From positions 2,240,001-2,304,000 of the forward strand of contig CAWHIJ010000003.1 in the NCBI GenBank assembly GCA_963829525.1: a stretch of DNA of 64,000 bases, written 5' to 3'. This document shows, piece after piece, positions 44,443 to 56,233 of this stretch (its first letter is position 1; the number at the start of each line of letters is the position of its first letter). A program made the position numbers and the translations under genes. Source of the stretch: an uncultured Actinomycetota bacterium (GTDB lineage: Bacteria > Actinomycetota > Actinomycetes > JAHEKZ01). Below the pieces are notes generated by a model, which searched no databases, had not been told where the DNA came from, and saw only the letters and a program-made list of their open reading frames with translations.

Positions 44443-46134
44443 CTAAACGGTGCCAGGACCCTCAGAATCCCCCGGATCGGCATCGATCCACCGCTGGGCC
44501 TCGGCGACCGCACGGGCGAGCGCTGCGCCTATACGTTCGTCGCCAATGACCACGCCGTCCGGCCCGACGATGTCGGTCACACCGCCCGACAGCAGTTGCC
44601 GCATCACTCGCTCGTCGACTGAGACGACGACGAGCCGGGACCCTGCATCATCGAGCTGCGCGGCATACCGGGCCAGAACGTCGATGAAGGTGGTGCCGAG
44701 GTCCATGTGTCCACGAAGACGCACGATGACCACAGACCTCCGGCTGCCGGCTTCGACGCGGGGCAGGGCTGCCTCGAACACAGGAGCCGACGCGAAGAAG
44801 AGGCTTCCGTATGGCTGCAGCACCACTACCTGGCCGGCAGGGACGACCGCGACCGGCTCGACCTCGACGACGTCACCCGAGGGTGAAGCGATGCGCTGCC
44901 TTACCAGCACCTGGTTGGACTGCTGAACGACGTGCAGAACGACCGACACACCGACACCGACGAGGACCGCATACTGCAGCGGCACGAGCATCGTGAGCAC
45001 GAACGTGACGACCAACACCGCCCGCTGTACGAGGCCCGCCTTCCACACGGACATGATGTCGTCCGGCTTGATCGTCCGTACACCGACAAGGATCAGGAGG
45101 CCGGCGAGGGCGGGCATGGCCAGGTAGCCGACGGCCGACCCGAAGAAGCAGCACCACGACCGCCATGACCAGCGCAGCGATCATCGGCGCGAGGCGCGTC
45201 CGTGCACCTGCAGCCGCGTTGATCGCAGAGGCCGACGCGGAACCACCGACAGGCATGCCGCCGGTCATGGCGCACGCGACGTTGGCGAAACCCTGGCCGA
45301 CGAAGTCCCGCGAAGCGTCCGCCCGCTGGCCATCCGCCTTGCCGTAGGTGGCCGAGATCCCGGCCCCCTGGACCAGGCCAACAAAGGCGAGCGACGCGGC
45401 CGGCAGGAGGAGGTCTGGAGCGAGTGCGGCCGACGGCAGCGTCAGCGGAGGGAGTCCTTCGAGGGCCACACCCAGGTCGCTGAGCGTTGCGACACTTGAC
45501 CACCCCAGCAGCGCCGCGAGCGCCGACGTGGCGATCACAGCGACGACGAGCCCGATCGACCCCGACTCGCGTTCGCTCGAGGACGACGATGAGCGCGATG
45601 GTCGCGAGGCCGATCGTCACGCTGGGCCAGTCCACGCTCGCCGGCGAGAGGACGGTGTTGACGTGCGCACGATTCGGTTGTCCCCCGGGGCGGCGTAACC
45701 GGTGAGGTTGGCGACCTGGCCGAGCACGATGTTGACGCCGACGGCGTTCATGAAGCCCACGAGCACCGCGTTCGACACGAACCGCAGGAGCGAGCCGAGC
45801 TTCAGCAGCCCGGCCAGCAGCATCACGGCGCCGGTGAGGACCGCAAGGGTGGCCACCGCCTGCGCCTGGTCTGCGCCGCCATGAAGCCCCGGCACGTCGG
45901 CGATGACCATCGCCATCGCGCCGGTGCCCTGCACGACCATGAAGGCCGAGGACGTCACCGCGGCGCCGGCGAGCGTGCCGACCATGTAGCCGTAGAGGCC
46001 GTTCAACGGGCTCAGCCCAGCGAGCAGCCCCGTGGCCAGGCCGTCCGGGACGCTCTGCACGCCGAGGACGACGCCGGCCTGCGCGTCGTGCCGCAGCGTC
46101 CGCGACCACGCGATGGCAGCCTGATGCGCGTCAC
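44443..46134 (-). CDS. SulP family anion transporter with STAS domain (several apparent frameshifts)
   Basis: VPDGLATGLLAGL.P..GLY, GGMPVGGS.S, YGSLFFASA across frames. Confidence 0.85.
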
Positions 46135-47201
46135 GCGCGGTCCTCCACAGGCAGGTCGGCCGAGGGCAGCCTCCCCGTGCCGGTCCGCCAGCGCCACCAG
46201 CCGAACGTGAGCGCACCGAGCAGCAGGGTCCCGATGAGGGTGACGACGCGCCACACGACCAGCGCTGCCACGATCTCCGGCTCTGCCGCATCCCTGCCGT
46301 CTCGGTGTAGGTGACGACGAGCGCGGCATCGAGCACGCCGAGGCCGGCCAGGGGCAGTGCGGTGAGCGGGTAGTAGATGAAGAAGCTGCCCAGGACGATC
46401 GCCACGGGTAGCAGCGTCGCGTCCACGCCCACGAGCCGGAGACAGAGCAGGACGATGACCCCGTCGGTCACGACCATCGCAGCCAGCGCGGCGAGCGACG
46501 GCGGGAGCCCCGGACCAGGCGGGTGGACATACGCGCCCGGAAGCCGGCCGCCGTCTCCGCCCAGTCGTCAGCATCGACACCCTCGCGGAAGCGGGCGGCG
46601 ACGAGGGCCGCCCGGCGTCCGACCAGTCGCGGCGAAGCGCTCGCCGCGGGCGACCAGGATCAGAGCCACGACGATCGCGGCAGCGACCACCAGCGAGAGC
46701 ACGGCCGACCAGACCTGCGCTCCCGACAGGTCCTCACCGACGAGCAGCCAGGACGCCGAGGATGGGGATGCTGAAGCGGATGACGTAGAACGCGAGGCTG
46801 TTCAGCGTCACCCCTGGCATGCCGTCGGCCGGCGTGATGCCCCAGGAACCGGAACATCGAGACTCGGACGACGATGTCGCCCGGAGGCGGCGCCACGGTG
46901 CCGACCAGGTTCGCCGTGAGGTCATTCTGGAACCCCCGCCAGAACCCGAGCCCAGGCACGAACACTGCCAGGGGCACCGAGTTGAACGCCTGCCGAGCGA
47001 GCAGCAGTGCGAGGAGCGCGGGGGCCTGCGCCCAGTCCAGCTGCCCGAGCGCGGTCGCGACCTGCTGCCAGTCGACCGAACCCACCAGTGAGACGAGCAG
47101 CCTCGCGACGAGGAAAGAGACCACCAGGAAGAGGAGCGGCCGCAGGACAGCACCCACCAGCGGCTCTCGGCGAAGCCTGCGCACCCGTCCATCGCGCTCA
47201 C
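46131..47201 (-). CDS. multi-TM membrane protein, probable lysylphosphatidylglycerol-synthase TM/flippase-like family (frameshifted)
   Basis: Hydrophobic segments; NLVGTVAPPPGD, PLAGLGVLDAAL and EIVAALVVWR in different frames. Confidence 0.6.
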
Positions 47202-47241
47202 CGGTGCATCAAGGCTGGCCCTGTGTCGGTCGGCGCCCAGA

Positions 47242-49595
47242 TCACTGCCGAGCCAGCGCCGCGGACAGCCGCAGCTGCGGGTCGACGAGGTGGTTGAAGT
47301 CGGCGGCGCCGTCGGCCAGCTCGATGAGCACAGAGTGCACGGTGCCGGTGAACTCGCAGTCCTGGGCGCGGTAGTCGTCGCTGACCGGCAGGCCCCCGTC
47401 GCGTCCCACGTCGCACGTCTCGTCGAGCGAGAAGACGAGCGGCACGGTGCGCTCGAGCCTGCCCTCGGCCACCGTCTCCCCGTCGACCGTCAGCGACGAT
47501 GTCGCCGCCACGCCCCGGCCCCCCGCCGTCGTACGCGAAGGACATGACGACCCGGTGGCTGCCCGCGGGGAGCGCCTTCGTGCCGGCGACCTTCGTGACC
47601 TGCAGGCCCATGAGGTTGTAGCAGTAGACGGGGACGCCGTCGTGGCGCAGGTAGAGGCTCCAACCGCCGAACGCGCCGCCCTGCGCGATGATGACGCCCG
47701 ACGCGCCCCCCTCCGGGACCTCGATGTCGGCGGCCACGGCGTGCGAGACGTTCTTGATGTTGATGACGGTCGCCTCGGTGAGACGGCTCATGCCGCCGTA
47801 GAGGATCTGCTTGCGGCCGGTGATCAGCTGTGGCCGCCCGGCGATGGTGGCGTCGAACCGCTCGACCCGCCTGTCGTCCAGCGGCAGGACGTTGTACTTC
47901 CTCGCCTCCACCAGGAAGAGCTCCTGCAGCTCTCGGAGCTTCTCCGGCATCCGCTCGGCGAGGTCGTCCGCCTGCGTCCAGTCGTCCGGCGCGTACAGCT
48001 CCCAGACGTCGTCGACGAATGCCGGCAGCTCGGCCATCGCGATCCACGGGGTGGCGTGCTTGGTGACCGCGGTCCAGCCCTCGTGGTAGATGCCCCGGTT
48101 GCCGCCGATCTCGAAGTACTGCGTCGTGTGGCGGTCGGGCGCCTCGGCGTCGTCGAACGCGTACCTCATGCTCACGCCGTGCAGCGGGGTCTGCTCTGCC
48201 CCGTTGACGCTGCTCGGGGTGCGGGATGCCCGCGACCTCGAGGATGGTCGGGGCGATGTCGATCACGTGGTGGAACTGGTGGCGGACGCCGGTCGATGCG
48301 ATGCCCGACGGCCAGTGGACCACGGTCCCGTTCCTCGTACCGCCCCAGTGGGACGCCACCTGCTTCGTCCACTGGTACGGCGTGTCCATCGCGTGCGCCC
48401 ACCCGACCGAGAAGTGGTTGTACGCCTCAGGCGTGCCGAACTGGTCGATGCGCGCGGCCATGAACTCCGGCGTCTCGAGCGCGGCGGCGCCATTGAAGAA
48501 GAGGTACTCGTTGAAGCTGCCGTTGATGTGCCCCTCGGCCGAGGCCCCGTTGTCGCCGATGACGTAGAAGACCAGGGTGTTGTCGAGAGCCTCCAACTCG
48601 TCGAGAGCGTCGACCAGACGACCGATGTGGTGGTCGGTGTGCTCCAGGAAGCCCGCGTACACCTCCATCTGGCGCGCCAGGACAGGCTTCAACTCGGGCG
48701 GCATGTCGTCCCACGCCGGGATCTCGTCGTGGCGAGCCGTGAGCTCAGCCTCTTCGGGGACGACTCCCCGGCGCTTCTGCTCGGCGAAGATGCGCTCCCG
48801 CAGGGCGTCCCATCCGTCGTCGAACTCGCCCCGGTACTTGTCCGCCCACTCCAGCGGCACGTGGTGAGGCGCATGCGTCGCCCCGGGTGCGTAGTACATG
48901 AAGAAGGGGCGATCAGGGGTCAGCGCCGACTGCTGACGGACCCAGGCGATCGCGCGATCGGTCATGTCCTCGGTGAAGTGGTAGCCGTCGTCCGCCGTCG
49001 CTTCTTGCTCGATCGGGGTCGTGCCGCTGTAGAGGGCGGGCGCGTACTGGTTGGTCTCGCCGCCGAGGAAGCCGAAGAAGTGCTCGAAGCCACCACCACC
49101 CGTTGGCCACGCGTCGAAGGGCCCGACTGGGCTGGTCTGCCACACGGGGACCTCGTGGCACTTGCCGAACTGCGCGGTCGCGAAGCCGTTCAGCCGGAGC
49201 ACCTCCGCCAACGGTGCGGTGGACTGCGGCCGGACCGACGTGTACCCGGGAGCCGAAGTCGCGATCTCGGTGATCGCGCCCATCCCTACGGCGTGATGGT
49301 TGCGGCCCGTCAGCAACGCCTGCCGGGTGGGCGCGCACAGCGCCGTCGTGTGGAACCGGGAGAAGGACAGGCCGTTGCCCGCCAGTCTCTCGGCGGTGGG
49401 CGTACGGCAAGGCCCGCCAAAGGTGCTCGCCGCCCCGAAGCCGACGTCGTCCAGCAGGATCACGAGCACGTTGGGTGCACCCTCCGGCGGCCGTACAGGG
49501 GCTATCGGCTCGAACACCGCCCGAGGATCCTTGGCGTCCTCGTAGACAGGACCTGCGTACTGCTTGTCCGGCATCGGAAGGATCGAACGGTCCAT
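47242..49595 (-). CDS. Cys-type arylsulfatase (apparent frameshifts near 48200 and 47500)
   Basis: PNVLVILLDDVG, CAPTRQALLTGR (CxPxR), FGKCHE; C-terminal domain in other frames. Confidence 0.9.
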
Positions 49596-49733
49596 CCAGC
49601 ACTCCCTGGTGTCAATCGCTGGTCGTCAACAAGAGCGGGCCAACCGTACTCCGCGGATCCCACGAGGGCTTGTTGCCGGGACAGCGGTGCCCTCGGGCAA
49701 AGCCCCGCCCGCTCAGCCGGACATGAGGCACAG

Positions 49734-49767
49734 CGAAGGCCCAGGTCTGTAAAGACCTGGGCCTTCG
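49734..49767 (-). terminator. hairpin terminator after tRNA-Glu
   Basis: 15-bp perfect stem CGAAGGCCCAGGTCT-GTAA-AGACCTGGGCCTTCG. Confidence 0.8.
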
Positions 49768-49772
49768 GCACG

Positions 49773-49845
49773 TAGCCCCGACGGGATTCGAACCCGCGCT
49801 ACCGCCTTGAGAGGGCGGCGTGCTAGGCCGCTACACAACGGGGCC
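49773..49845 (-). tRNA. tRNA-Glu(CTC)
   Basis: Acceptor GGCCCCG/CGGGGCT, anticodon loop CTCTCAA, GTTCGAATC T-arm; CCA not encoded. Confidence 0.96.
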
Positions 49846-49944
49846 GTGCGTACTCAACTCGCCACTCGGACTGACCCAAAGGGACGGGCCGGGCGGGACC
49901 GGACGTCAGGTGACAGTACCCAGGCGGGGAACCGCACCAACGCG

Positions 49945-50016
49945 CTGGGGTACCAGGACTCGAACCTAGACTAACGGAACCAGAAACCGTCGGGCTGCCA
50001 ATTACCCCATACCCCA
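49945..50016 (-). tRNA. tRNA-Gln(CTG)
   Basis: Acceptor TGGGGTA/TACCCCA, anticodon loop TTCTGGT, GTTCGAGTC T-arm. Confidence 0.96.
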
Positions 50017-50087
50017 TGGGTGCCGAGAAGTTCCGGCAGACCCCCGAGGATACCCAACCCGGTCACGCCTACCCAAACCGCCTCACG

Positions 50088-51581
50088 TCAGGCTTCCGCA
50101 GACATCTGCAGGGCGAGTGTGAGGCGCCCGAGACTGCGTTCCTTGCCCAAGATTTCGAGAGACTCGAACAGCGGCGGTGACACTCGACGGCCACTCACGG
50201 CAACGCGAACAGGCCCGAACGCGACGCGCGGCTTGAGGCCGAGACCCTCGATCAACGCAGTCCGAAGCTCGGCCTCGATCCTCTCCGTCGACCAGACATC
50301 AAGACCGTGGAGCGCCAGGTATGCAGCGTCAAGAACGGGCTGGCTCTCGGCCGTGAGCTGCTTGGCCGCGTCCTCCGGATCGACGGTGAACGTCGCCTCG
50401 TCGACCAAGAGGAAGTGCAGCATGTCGGCTGCCTGTCCGAGGGTCTCGACCCGTTCCTGCACCAGGACTGCGGCAGCGCGTACCGTCGCCTCGGACGCTG
50501 CATCCAACGTGACACCGCGCTGGTCGCGAAGGAATGAGACCAACCTGACCACGAATTCCTCCCCATCGAGGATTCGGATCCAGTCGGCGTTGAGCGCGGT
50601 GCACTTCTTCAGGTCGAATCGCGCCGGGCTCGCATTGACTCGTGAGAGGTCGAACGCTTCGGCCATCTCCCGAAGTGAAAAGCGGTCCCGGTCCTCGCTC
50701 AACGACCACCCCAGCAGCGCCAGATAGTTCGTCAACCCTTCTGGCAGGAACCCCTGCTCGACGTAGAAGAGCAGCGACGACTCCGGGTCACGTTTGGAGA
50801 GCTTCTTGTTCCCCTCCCCCATCACATAGGGCAAGTGTCCGAACTCGGGGATCGGTCCCCCTGCAACACCGATCTCACGCAGCGCGGCCCACAGCGCCAA
50901 CTGGCGCGGGGTCGACGAGAGGAGATCCTCGCCGCGTAGCACGTGGGTGATCTGCATCAGGGCGTCATCGACGGGGTTCACCAGCGTGTAGAGCGGCTCA
51001 CCATTGGCGCGCACCAAGACGTAGTCGCGTACCTCTCCAGCCGGGAAGGTCACCTCGCCGCGGACGAGGTCATCCCAGCTGAAGGCGCCGTCTGGCATCC
51101 GGAACCGAACCACCGAGGTTCGTCCCTCCGCTTCGTAAGCGGTCTTCTGGTCATCGGTGAGCTCGCGACAGTGACCGTCATAGCCAGGAGGCCTCTTGGC
51201 GAGACGGTCGGCCTCGCGGCGCTGCTCAAGCTCTTCTGAGGTGCAGTAGCACCGGTAAGCGTGCCGGCCGGAAAGTAGCTTCTCGGCGACTTTGCGGTAG
51301 CGCTCCAGGCGCTGCGACTGTCGGTACGGTGCGAACGGTCCGCCCACCTCCGGTCCTTCGTCCCAGTCAAGACCGAGCCACCGCAGTGAGGCGACCAGCT
51401 GCTCATAGGACTCCTCGGAGTCGCGCTGGGAGTCGGTGTCCTCGATCCGGAAGACGAACGTGCCGCCGTGGTGCCGGGCGAAGGCCCAGTTGAACAGTGC
51501 CGTCCTGGCCATGCCCACGTGTGGGTTCCCCGTAGGTGACGGGCAGAAACGGACGCGGACGGGAGCAGCTGGGGAGGTCAT
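50088..51581 (-). CDS. gltX: glutamate--tRNA ligase
   Basis: [25 protein letters not shown]. Confidence 0.97.
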   Translation of the reverse strand: MTSPAAPVRVRFCPSPTGNPHVGMARTALFNWAFARHHGGTFVFRIEDTDSQRDSEESYEQLVASLRWLGLDWDEGPEVGGPFAPYRQSQRLERYRKVAEKLLSGRHAYRCYCTSEELEQRREADRLAKRPPGYDGHCRELTDDQKTAYEAEGRTSVVRFRMPDGAFSWDDLVRGEVTFPAGEVRDYVLVRANGEPLYTLVNPVDDALMQITHVLRGEDLLSSTPRQLALWAALREIGVAGGPIPEFGHLPYVMGEGNKKLSKRDPESSLLFYVEQGFLPEGLTNYLALLGWSLSEDRDRFSLREMAEAFDLSRVNASPARFDLKKCTALNADWIRILDGEEFVVRLVSFLRDQRGVTLDAASEATVRAAAVLVQERVETLGQAADMLHFLLVDEATFTVDPEDAAKQLTAESQPVLDAAYLALHGLDVWSTERIEAELRTALIEGLGLKPRVAFGPVRVAVSGRRVSPPLFESLEILGKERSLGRLTLALQMSAEA

Positions 51582-51658
51582 GACATCTCTCGGACGAGGG
51601 GACACACCTGACGGGTGAAGGGTACCTACCGGCCCGGGTGACGGTGGCGGACGACTGC

Positions 51659-52441
51659 TCAGCCGGCTGCGCGGACCGTATTGTCGAGTCGGCCGACCCC
51701 ACCGACGGTGACGGAGACGCGGTCACCATCAGCCAGTGGACCGACTCCAGCCGGAGTGCCTGTCAAGATGACGTCCCCTGGGATGAGGGTCATCACCGAT
51801 GACACGAAGACCACGAGATCGTTGATGGAGTGCACCATCGTCGACGCCGCGGCCGACTGCCGGACTTCGCCATTGACCTCGGTCTGCACGTTGAGCGCCT
51901 CGGCGTCGACCTCGGTCGAGATCCACGGGCCAAGAGGACAGAACGAATCGAAGCCCTTGGCCCGCGTCCACTGGCCGTCGCTGCGCTGGAGGTCGCGCGC
52001 GGTGACATCGTTGGCGCAGGTGTAGCCGAGCACGACTTCCTCGACGCGTGCAGGCGGGACGTCTCGGGCGAGGCGGCCGATCACGACAGCGATCTCGCCC
52101 TCGAACTCCACCTGCTGCGACTGCGGCGGCAGGACAACCGATTCTCCTGGCCCGATCACGCTGGTCGACGGTTTGAGGAACATCACCGGGGTCGTGGGAG
52201 CCTCACCACCCATCTCTCGCGCATGCTCGGCGTAGTTCTTACCTATTCCGATCACCTTGTTCGGCAGAACCGGAGGCAGCAGCCGCACGTCACTTAACGC
52301 CAACCGCGCCGACGTCCGCTCATACGGGGCAAAGGGATGACCGTCGATGGCATTGACCGTCAGGGATGCAACGTCGTCGAGGTCGCCGTCAACGACCCCG
52401 TAGGCAATCTGGTCTGCGACGGTGAAACGGGCGATACGCAC
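51659..52441 (-). CDS. fumarylacetoacetate hydrolase family protein
   Basis: [35 protein letters not shown]. Confidence 0.93.
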   Translation of the reverse strand: MRIARFTVADQIAYGVVDGDLDDVASLTVNAIDGHPFAPYERTSARLALSDVRLLPPVLPNKVIGIGKNYAEHAREMGGEAPTTPVMFLKPSTSVIGPGESVVLPPQSQQVEFEGEIAVVIGRLARDVPPARVEEVVLGYTCANDVTARDLQRSDGQWTRAKGFDSFCPLGPWISTEVDAEALNVQTEVNGEVRQSAAASTMVHSINDLVVFVSSVMTLIPGDVILTGTPAGVGPLADGDRVSVTVGGVGRLDNTVRAAG

Positions 52442-52472
52442 CCGCCGGACGTTACCGGGTTCGGTGCCTTGG

Positions 52473-54377
52473 TCACTTCTCGGGCTCCTGAAGGGCCTCG
52501 AGAATCAAGCGGGCATAGGCCTCCTGACCACGTGGGGTCAGGTGGGTGCCATCTGCTTCGAAGTACTCAGGATGTCCCACCGACGCTCGCGCCCAGTCGG
52601 CAACCATCACATTCTGCCGGCCCTCCGCGGCCCGCCTGATGGTGTCGTTGCTCTGTTCCATCCACGGCACCTGGGAGCGCACAGTCGTCACCACCACGCG
52701 GTCCAGAGCAGCCAGACTCTTCAAGAAGTCCGGAAACCCCTGCGGGTCAGGCGGGCCATTCGTTCCGGTCTGCAGAATCAGGATGTCCGCCAGCCGGTCA
52801 ACCGCGATCCGCTCACGAACCCGTTGGGCGATCTCGACGGGCTGGCGTCCAATCGCGGCGTCGACGGTGACCCGCGGCAACTCCGCTCTGAGCGCGACTC
52901 GGGCACCGAGCAACACAGAGTCGCCAACAGCGGTAATCGGACGCTGTTCCGGTGGCAGAGCGTCCAGGCGGTTTGCCCGGCGCTTCTCACGTCGCTCTTT
53001 TGCAGACTTCTGAGCATCGGAACTGGGCTGAACGGAGTCTGCCTTCGGTGTCAGCTCGCCAGCTCCGGATTCGGTGACACCCCCGAGGTAGGTAGTGCTG
53101 TCGATGGCCGGCATCGCAGCGAGCGCCACCCCACCGGCGAACACGGTCACAGCTGCCAGGCCTGCGACAGCAAGAGCCTCGGCCTTGGTTCGCGTCGATC
53201 CATGGCTGAGCCGGGAGCGCCAGCGGCCAAGAGCTCCGTTGCGGATCGGCATCTCCAACCAGCGGTAACTGACCTCTGCCGCCCCGAAAGTCAGGCCAAG
53301 CGAAACGGCCGCCCCCCACCAGCCGCGAAGGCCGATATCAAGGTCAGGCCGCGTCACCATGAAGATCGGCCAGTGCCACAGGTAGATGCCATATGAGCGG
53401 GTACCGAGCCAGCTCATCACGGGGTTTCCGAGCAACAGGCCAAACCTGGCAGCCGGATGCGAGGCAGCCATCACCAGCAGAGCGGTCATGAGCGCAACGA
53501 CGAGGAAGCCCCCACGGAAGAGCCACTCCGACGCCTCCGAGCTCCACGAGAAGATCGCGATCAAGGCAAGGATCGCACCCACTCCGGTCACGGCCACAGC
53601 GCTTTGGGCAGAGTGCGGGATCTGCCGGGGGAGGGCGCCGGGGCGCCAGAAGACGGCCAACGCCGCGCCAACGAGCACGGTCATGGCATGGGTATCTGAG
53701 CCGAAGTAAAGCCGTGCGGTGTCTGCCGACGCAGGGATGTCGCCCTGCACGGCAAGGAATGCCATCAGCGCAGTCGACACGAGAGCGCCCGCGATCGCTG
53801 CAACGCCAACACCTCGGCGTCCCCATCGCTTCCACGCGAAGTAGGCCACCGCTGGCCACACCAGGTAGAACTGTTCCTCGATGCCCAGGGACCACAGGTG
53901 CTGCAACAGCGGTGGGCGGCCAAGCACGTCGAAGTAGCTCCGCTCGTCGAAGATGTACCACCAGTTCGTCGTGTAGGTGAGGGCTGAGAGGACATCCTGG
54001 CGGAAGGTGGCGGCGGCGTCCCTGGCCACGGTCAGCACGAGGACACTGCTGACGGCCAGAACAGCAAGAAGCGCCGGCAGAAGGCGGCGAGCGCGCCGAG
54101 CGTAGAAAGACCCGAACCGCAGGCGCTCGGTCGTCTCCATCTCGCCGAGCAACAGCGACGTGATGAGAAAGCCCGAGAGCACGAAGAAGACGTCAACCCC
54201 GAGAAATCCTCCAGGTAGCACCCTTTGCGGAAGGTGGAAGAGGAGCACCGCGACCACCGCAATCGCCCGAACACCATCGAGGCCGGGCAGGAACGGCAGC
54301 TTCGGGATTCCCGAGGGGCGAGACGCGGGCTCGGTGGTCGACCTGGCGATGACCTGCGTGGTGGTATCTGTCATCAC
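52473..54377 (-). CDS. OatA-like acyltransferase-3 with C-terminal SGNH domain
   Basis: LDGVRAIAV, GVDVFFVLSGFLIT, HLWSLGIEEQFY; GDSV, GTN, DGTH. Confidence 0.92.
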   Translation of the reverse strand: MMTDTTTQVIARSTTEPASRPSGIPKLPFLPGLDGVRAIAVVAVLLFHLPQRVLPGGFLGVDVFFVLSGFLITSLLLGEMETTERLRFGSFYARRARRLLPALLAVLAVSSVLVLTVARDAAATFRQDVLSALTYTTNWWYIFDERSYFDVLGRPPLLQHLWSLGIEEQFYLVWPAVAYFAWKRWGRRGVGVAAIAGALVSTALMAFLAVQGDIPASADTARLYFGSDTHAMTVLVGAALAVFWRPGALPRQIPHSAQSAVAVTGVGAILALIAIFSWSSEASEWLFRGGFLVVALMTALLVMAASHPAARFGLLLGNPVMSWLGTRSYGIYLWHWPIFMVTRPDLDIGLRGWWGAAVSLGLTFGAAEVSYRWLEMPIRNGALGRWRSRLSHGSTRTKAEALAVAGLAAVTVFAGGVALAAMPAIDSTTYLGGVTESGAGELTPKADSVQPSSDAQKSAKERREKRRANRLDALPPEQRPITAVGDSVLLGARVALRAELPRVTVDAAIGRQPVEIAQRVRERIAVDRLADILILQTGTNGPPDPQGFPDFLKSLAALDRVVVTTVRSQVPWMEQSNDTIRRAAEGRQNVMVADWARASVGHPEYFEADGTHLTPRGQEAYARLILEALQEPEK

Positions 54378-56053
54378 AAACCGGCGACCGCGCCAGGACT
54401 CGTGTCGTCGACGCCCTCGGCGATCCTTCCGGCGCGGAGCAAGCCGTAGGTGATGGCGTCGTCCAACGCCATCCAGGACGCCGCGATCACGTTCTCGTGG
54501 ACTCCGATCGTGTCCCACTCCCCCTGGCCGTCCGACGACTCAACCAGGACGCGGGTCACGGCGCCGGTACCCTCGTTTCCCTCGAGGATGCGCACCTTGT
54601 AGTCAACGAGCTCCAGTGCGGCAAGCTCGGGGAAGATCTGCTCCAAGGCAAGACGCAGGGCCTTGTCGAGAGCATTGACCGGTCCGTTCCCCTCACCGGT
54701 GGCCACAATCCGCTGGCCCTTGGCGAAGACCTTGACGGTGGCCTCGCTGGCCACCAGACCACCTGGACGCTGTTCGACGATCGTTCGCCACGACTCGACG
54801 GTGAAGTAGCGGCGACGCTCGCCCTCGGTGACCTCGCGCAGCAACAGCTCGAAGGATGCATCAGCTGCTTCGAACGAGTAACCCTGCGACTCCAGGCTCT
54901 TCACCCGGTCGACAACGGCGCCGAGCGCGTGCCGATCATCGGTGAGGTCGTAACCGAGCTCTTTGCCCTTGAGCTCGATCGAGGCGCGTCCGGCCATCTC
55001 GGTGATCAAGACGCGCATGTCATTGCCGACGATCGTCGGGTCGAGGTGGTTGTAGAGGTCGGGCGAGACCTTGATCGCACTGGCGTGCAGACCCGCCTTG
55101 TGGGCGAACGCAGAAACTCCGACATAGGCCTGGTGTGTGTTCGGCGCGATGTTGGCCAGCTCGGCCAGCGCGTGCGAGACCCGCACCAGCTCAGGAAGCC
55201 GGCCAGCCGGGAGCACCCGACGATCGAGTTTGGTCTCGAGGTTTCCAATCACGGCGAACAAGTCAGCGTTACCGGTTCGCTCACCGTAACCGTTGGCTGT
55301 GCACTGGACGTGCGTGACGCCGGCTTCGACTGCGGCAAGGGTATTCGCGACGGCACACGCGGTGTCGTCCTGACAGTGGATGCCCAGTCGAAGAGCGCCG
55401 CCACGCGCGACGATGTCGCTCACGATGCTGTGGATCCGTAGAGGTAGAAGTCCCCCGTTGGTGTCGCAGAGTACTCCGACGTCAGCCCCAGCATCTGCGG
55501 CTGACTCCAGCACACGCAGTCCGTAATCGCGGTCGTGACGGTAGCCGTCGAAGAAGTGCTCGAGGTCGACGAAGACCCGACGGCCTTCGCCCACGAGGTA
55601 CTCGACCGTGTCGTGCACCATGGCGAGGTTCTCGTCCAAAGTGGTCCGGAGCGCCTCGGTGACGTGCCGGACGTCTGACTTGGCGACGAGCGTGATGACC
55701 GGTGTCTGCGCGTCCAACAGTCCCTGCACCTGGGCGTCCTCGCCGACGGCGAGCCCAGGTCGCCGGGTGGAGCCGAACGCCACCAGCTGAGCACTTGTGA
55801 GAGTCAGCTCGGCGCGCGCCCTCGCAAAGAACTCGGTGTCCTTCGGCATCGCACCCGGCCATCCACCTTCGATGAACCCGACTCCAAGTTCGTCGAGCAG
55901 CCGGGCGACTGCCAGCTTGTCGGCCACCGAGTACGAGATGCCCTCGCGTTGGGCGCCGTCGCGCAGCGTCGTGTCGTAGACATGGAACGCGTCGTCGACG
56001 CGGACGGCGTCATCGACACGCTTCGCACTCGGGTCTTTCACCGGGTCTTTCAC
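54374..56053 (-). CDS. cimA: citramalate synthase
   Basis: DTTLRDGAQREG, EGGWPG, FAHKAGLHAS, GNGPVNALD. Confidence 0.92.
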   Translation of the reverse strand: MKDPVKDPSAKRVDDAVRVDDAFHVYDTTLRDGAQREGISYSVADKLAVARLLDELGVGFIEGGWPGAMPKDTEFFARARAELTLTSAQLVAFGSTRRPGLAVGEDAQVQGLLDAQTPVITLVAKSDVRHVTEALRTTLDENLAMVHDTVEYLVGEGRRVFVDLEHFFDGYRHDRDYGLRVLESAADAGADVGVLCDTNGGLLPLRIHSIVSDIVARGGALRLGIHCQDDTACAVANTLAAVEAGVTHVQCTANGYGERTGNADLFAVIGNLETKLDRRVLPAGRLPELVRVSHALAELANIAPNTHQAYVGVSAFAHKAGLHASAIKVSPDLYNHLDPTIVGNDMRVLITEMAGRASIELKGKELGYDLTDDRHALGAVVDRVKSLESQGYSFEAADASFELLLREVTEGERRRYFTVESWRTIVEQRPGGLVASEATVKVFAKGQRIVATGEGNGPVNALDKALRLALEQIFPELAALELVDYKVRILEGNEGTGAVTRVLVESSDGQGEWDTIGVHENVIAASWMALDDAITYGLLRAGRIAEGVDDTSPGAVAGL

Positions 56054-56064
56054 CTGAATTCGAT

Positions 56065-56145
56065 AAAAAAGTAACCCCCCGCAGATGCGAGAGGTCGGCG
56101 CACCGGCGATCCGGCGCGCTAGGCGATGATGAGGGGGACTGACAC
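56065..56145 (-). promoter_or_regulatory. attenuator: leader peptide MSVPLIIA followed by an intrinsic terminator
   Basis: GTG..ATC ATC GCC TAG at 56145-56119; stem ACCTCTCGCA/TGCGGGGGGT followed by TACTTTTTT. Confidence 0.75.
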
Positions 56146-56233
56146 GGCACTAGTGTGACACACCGAACCGGGCCCGGCGTCACCGCGGACCAGGGCCCTT
56201 CTCCCGCCAGTCCTCCGGCGAAACTGGAGCAAA

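Noticed and set aside
48090-49775. Long antisense ORFs (e.g. 561 aa opposite the sulfatase, and many others in the track)
   Set aside because: Shadow frames expected from high-GC codon bias; no recognisable motifs
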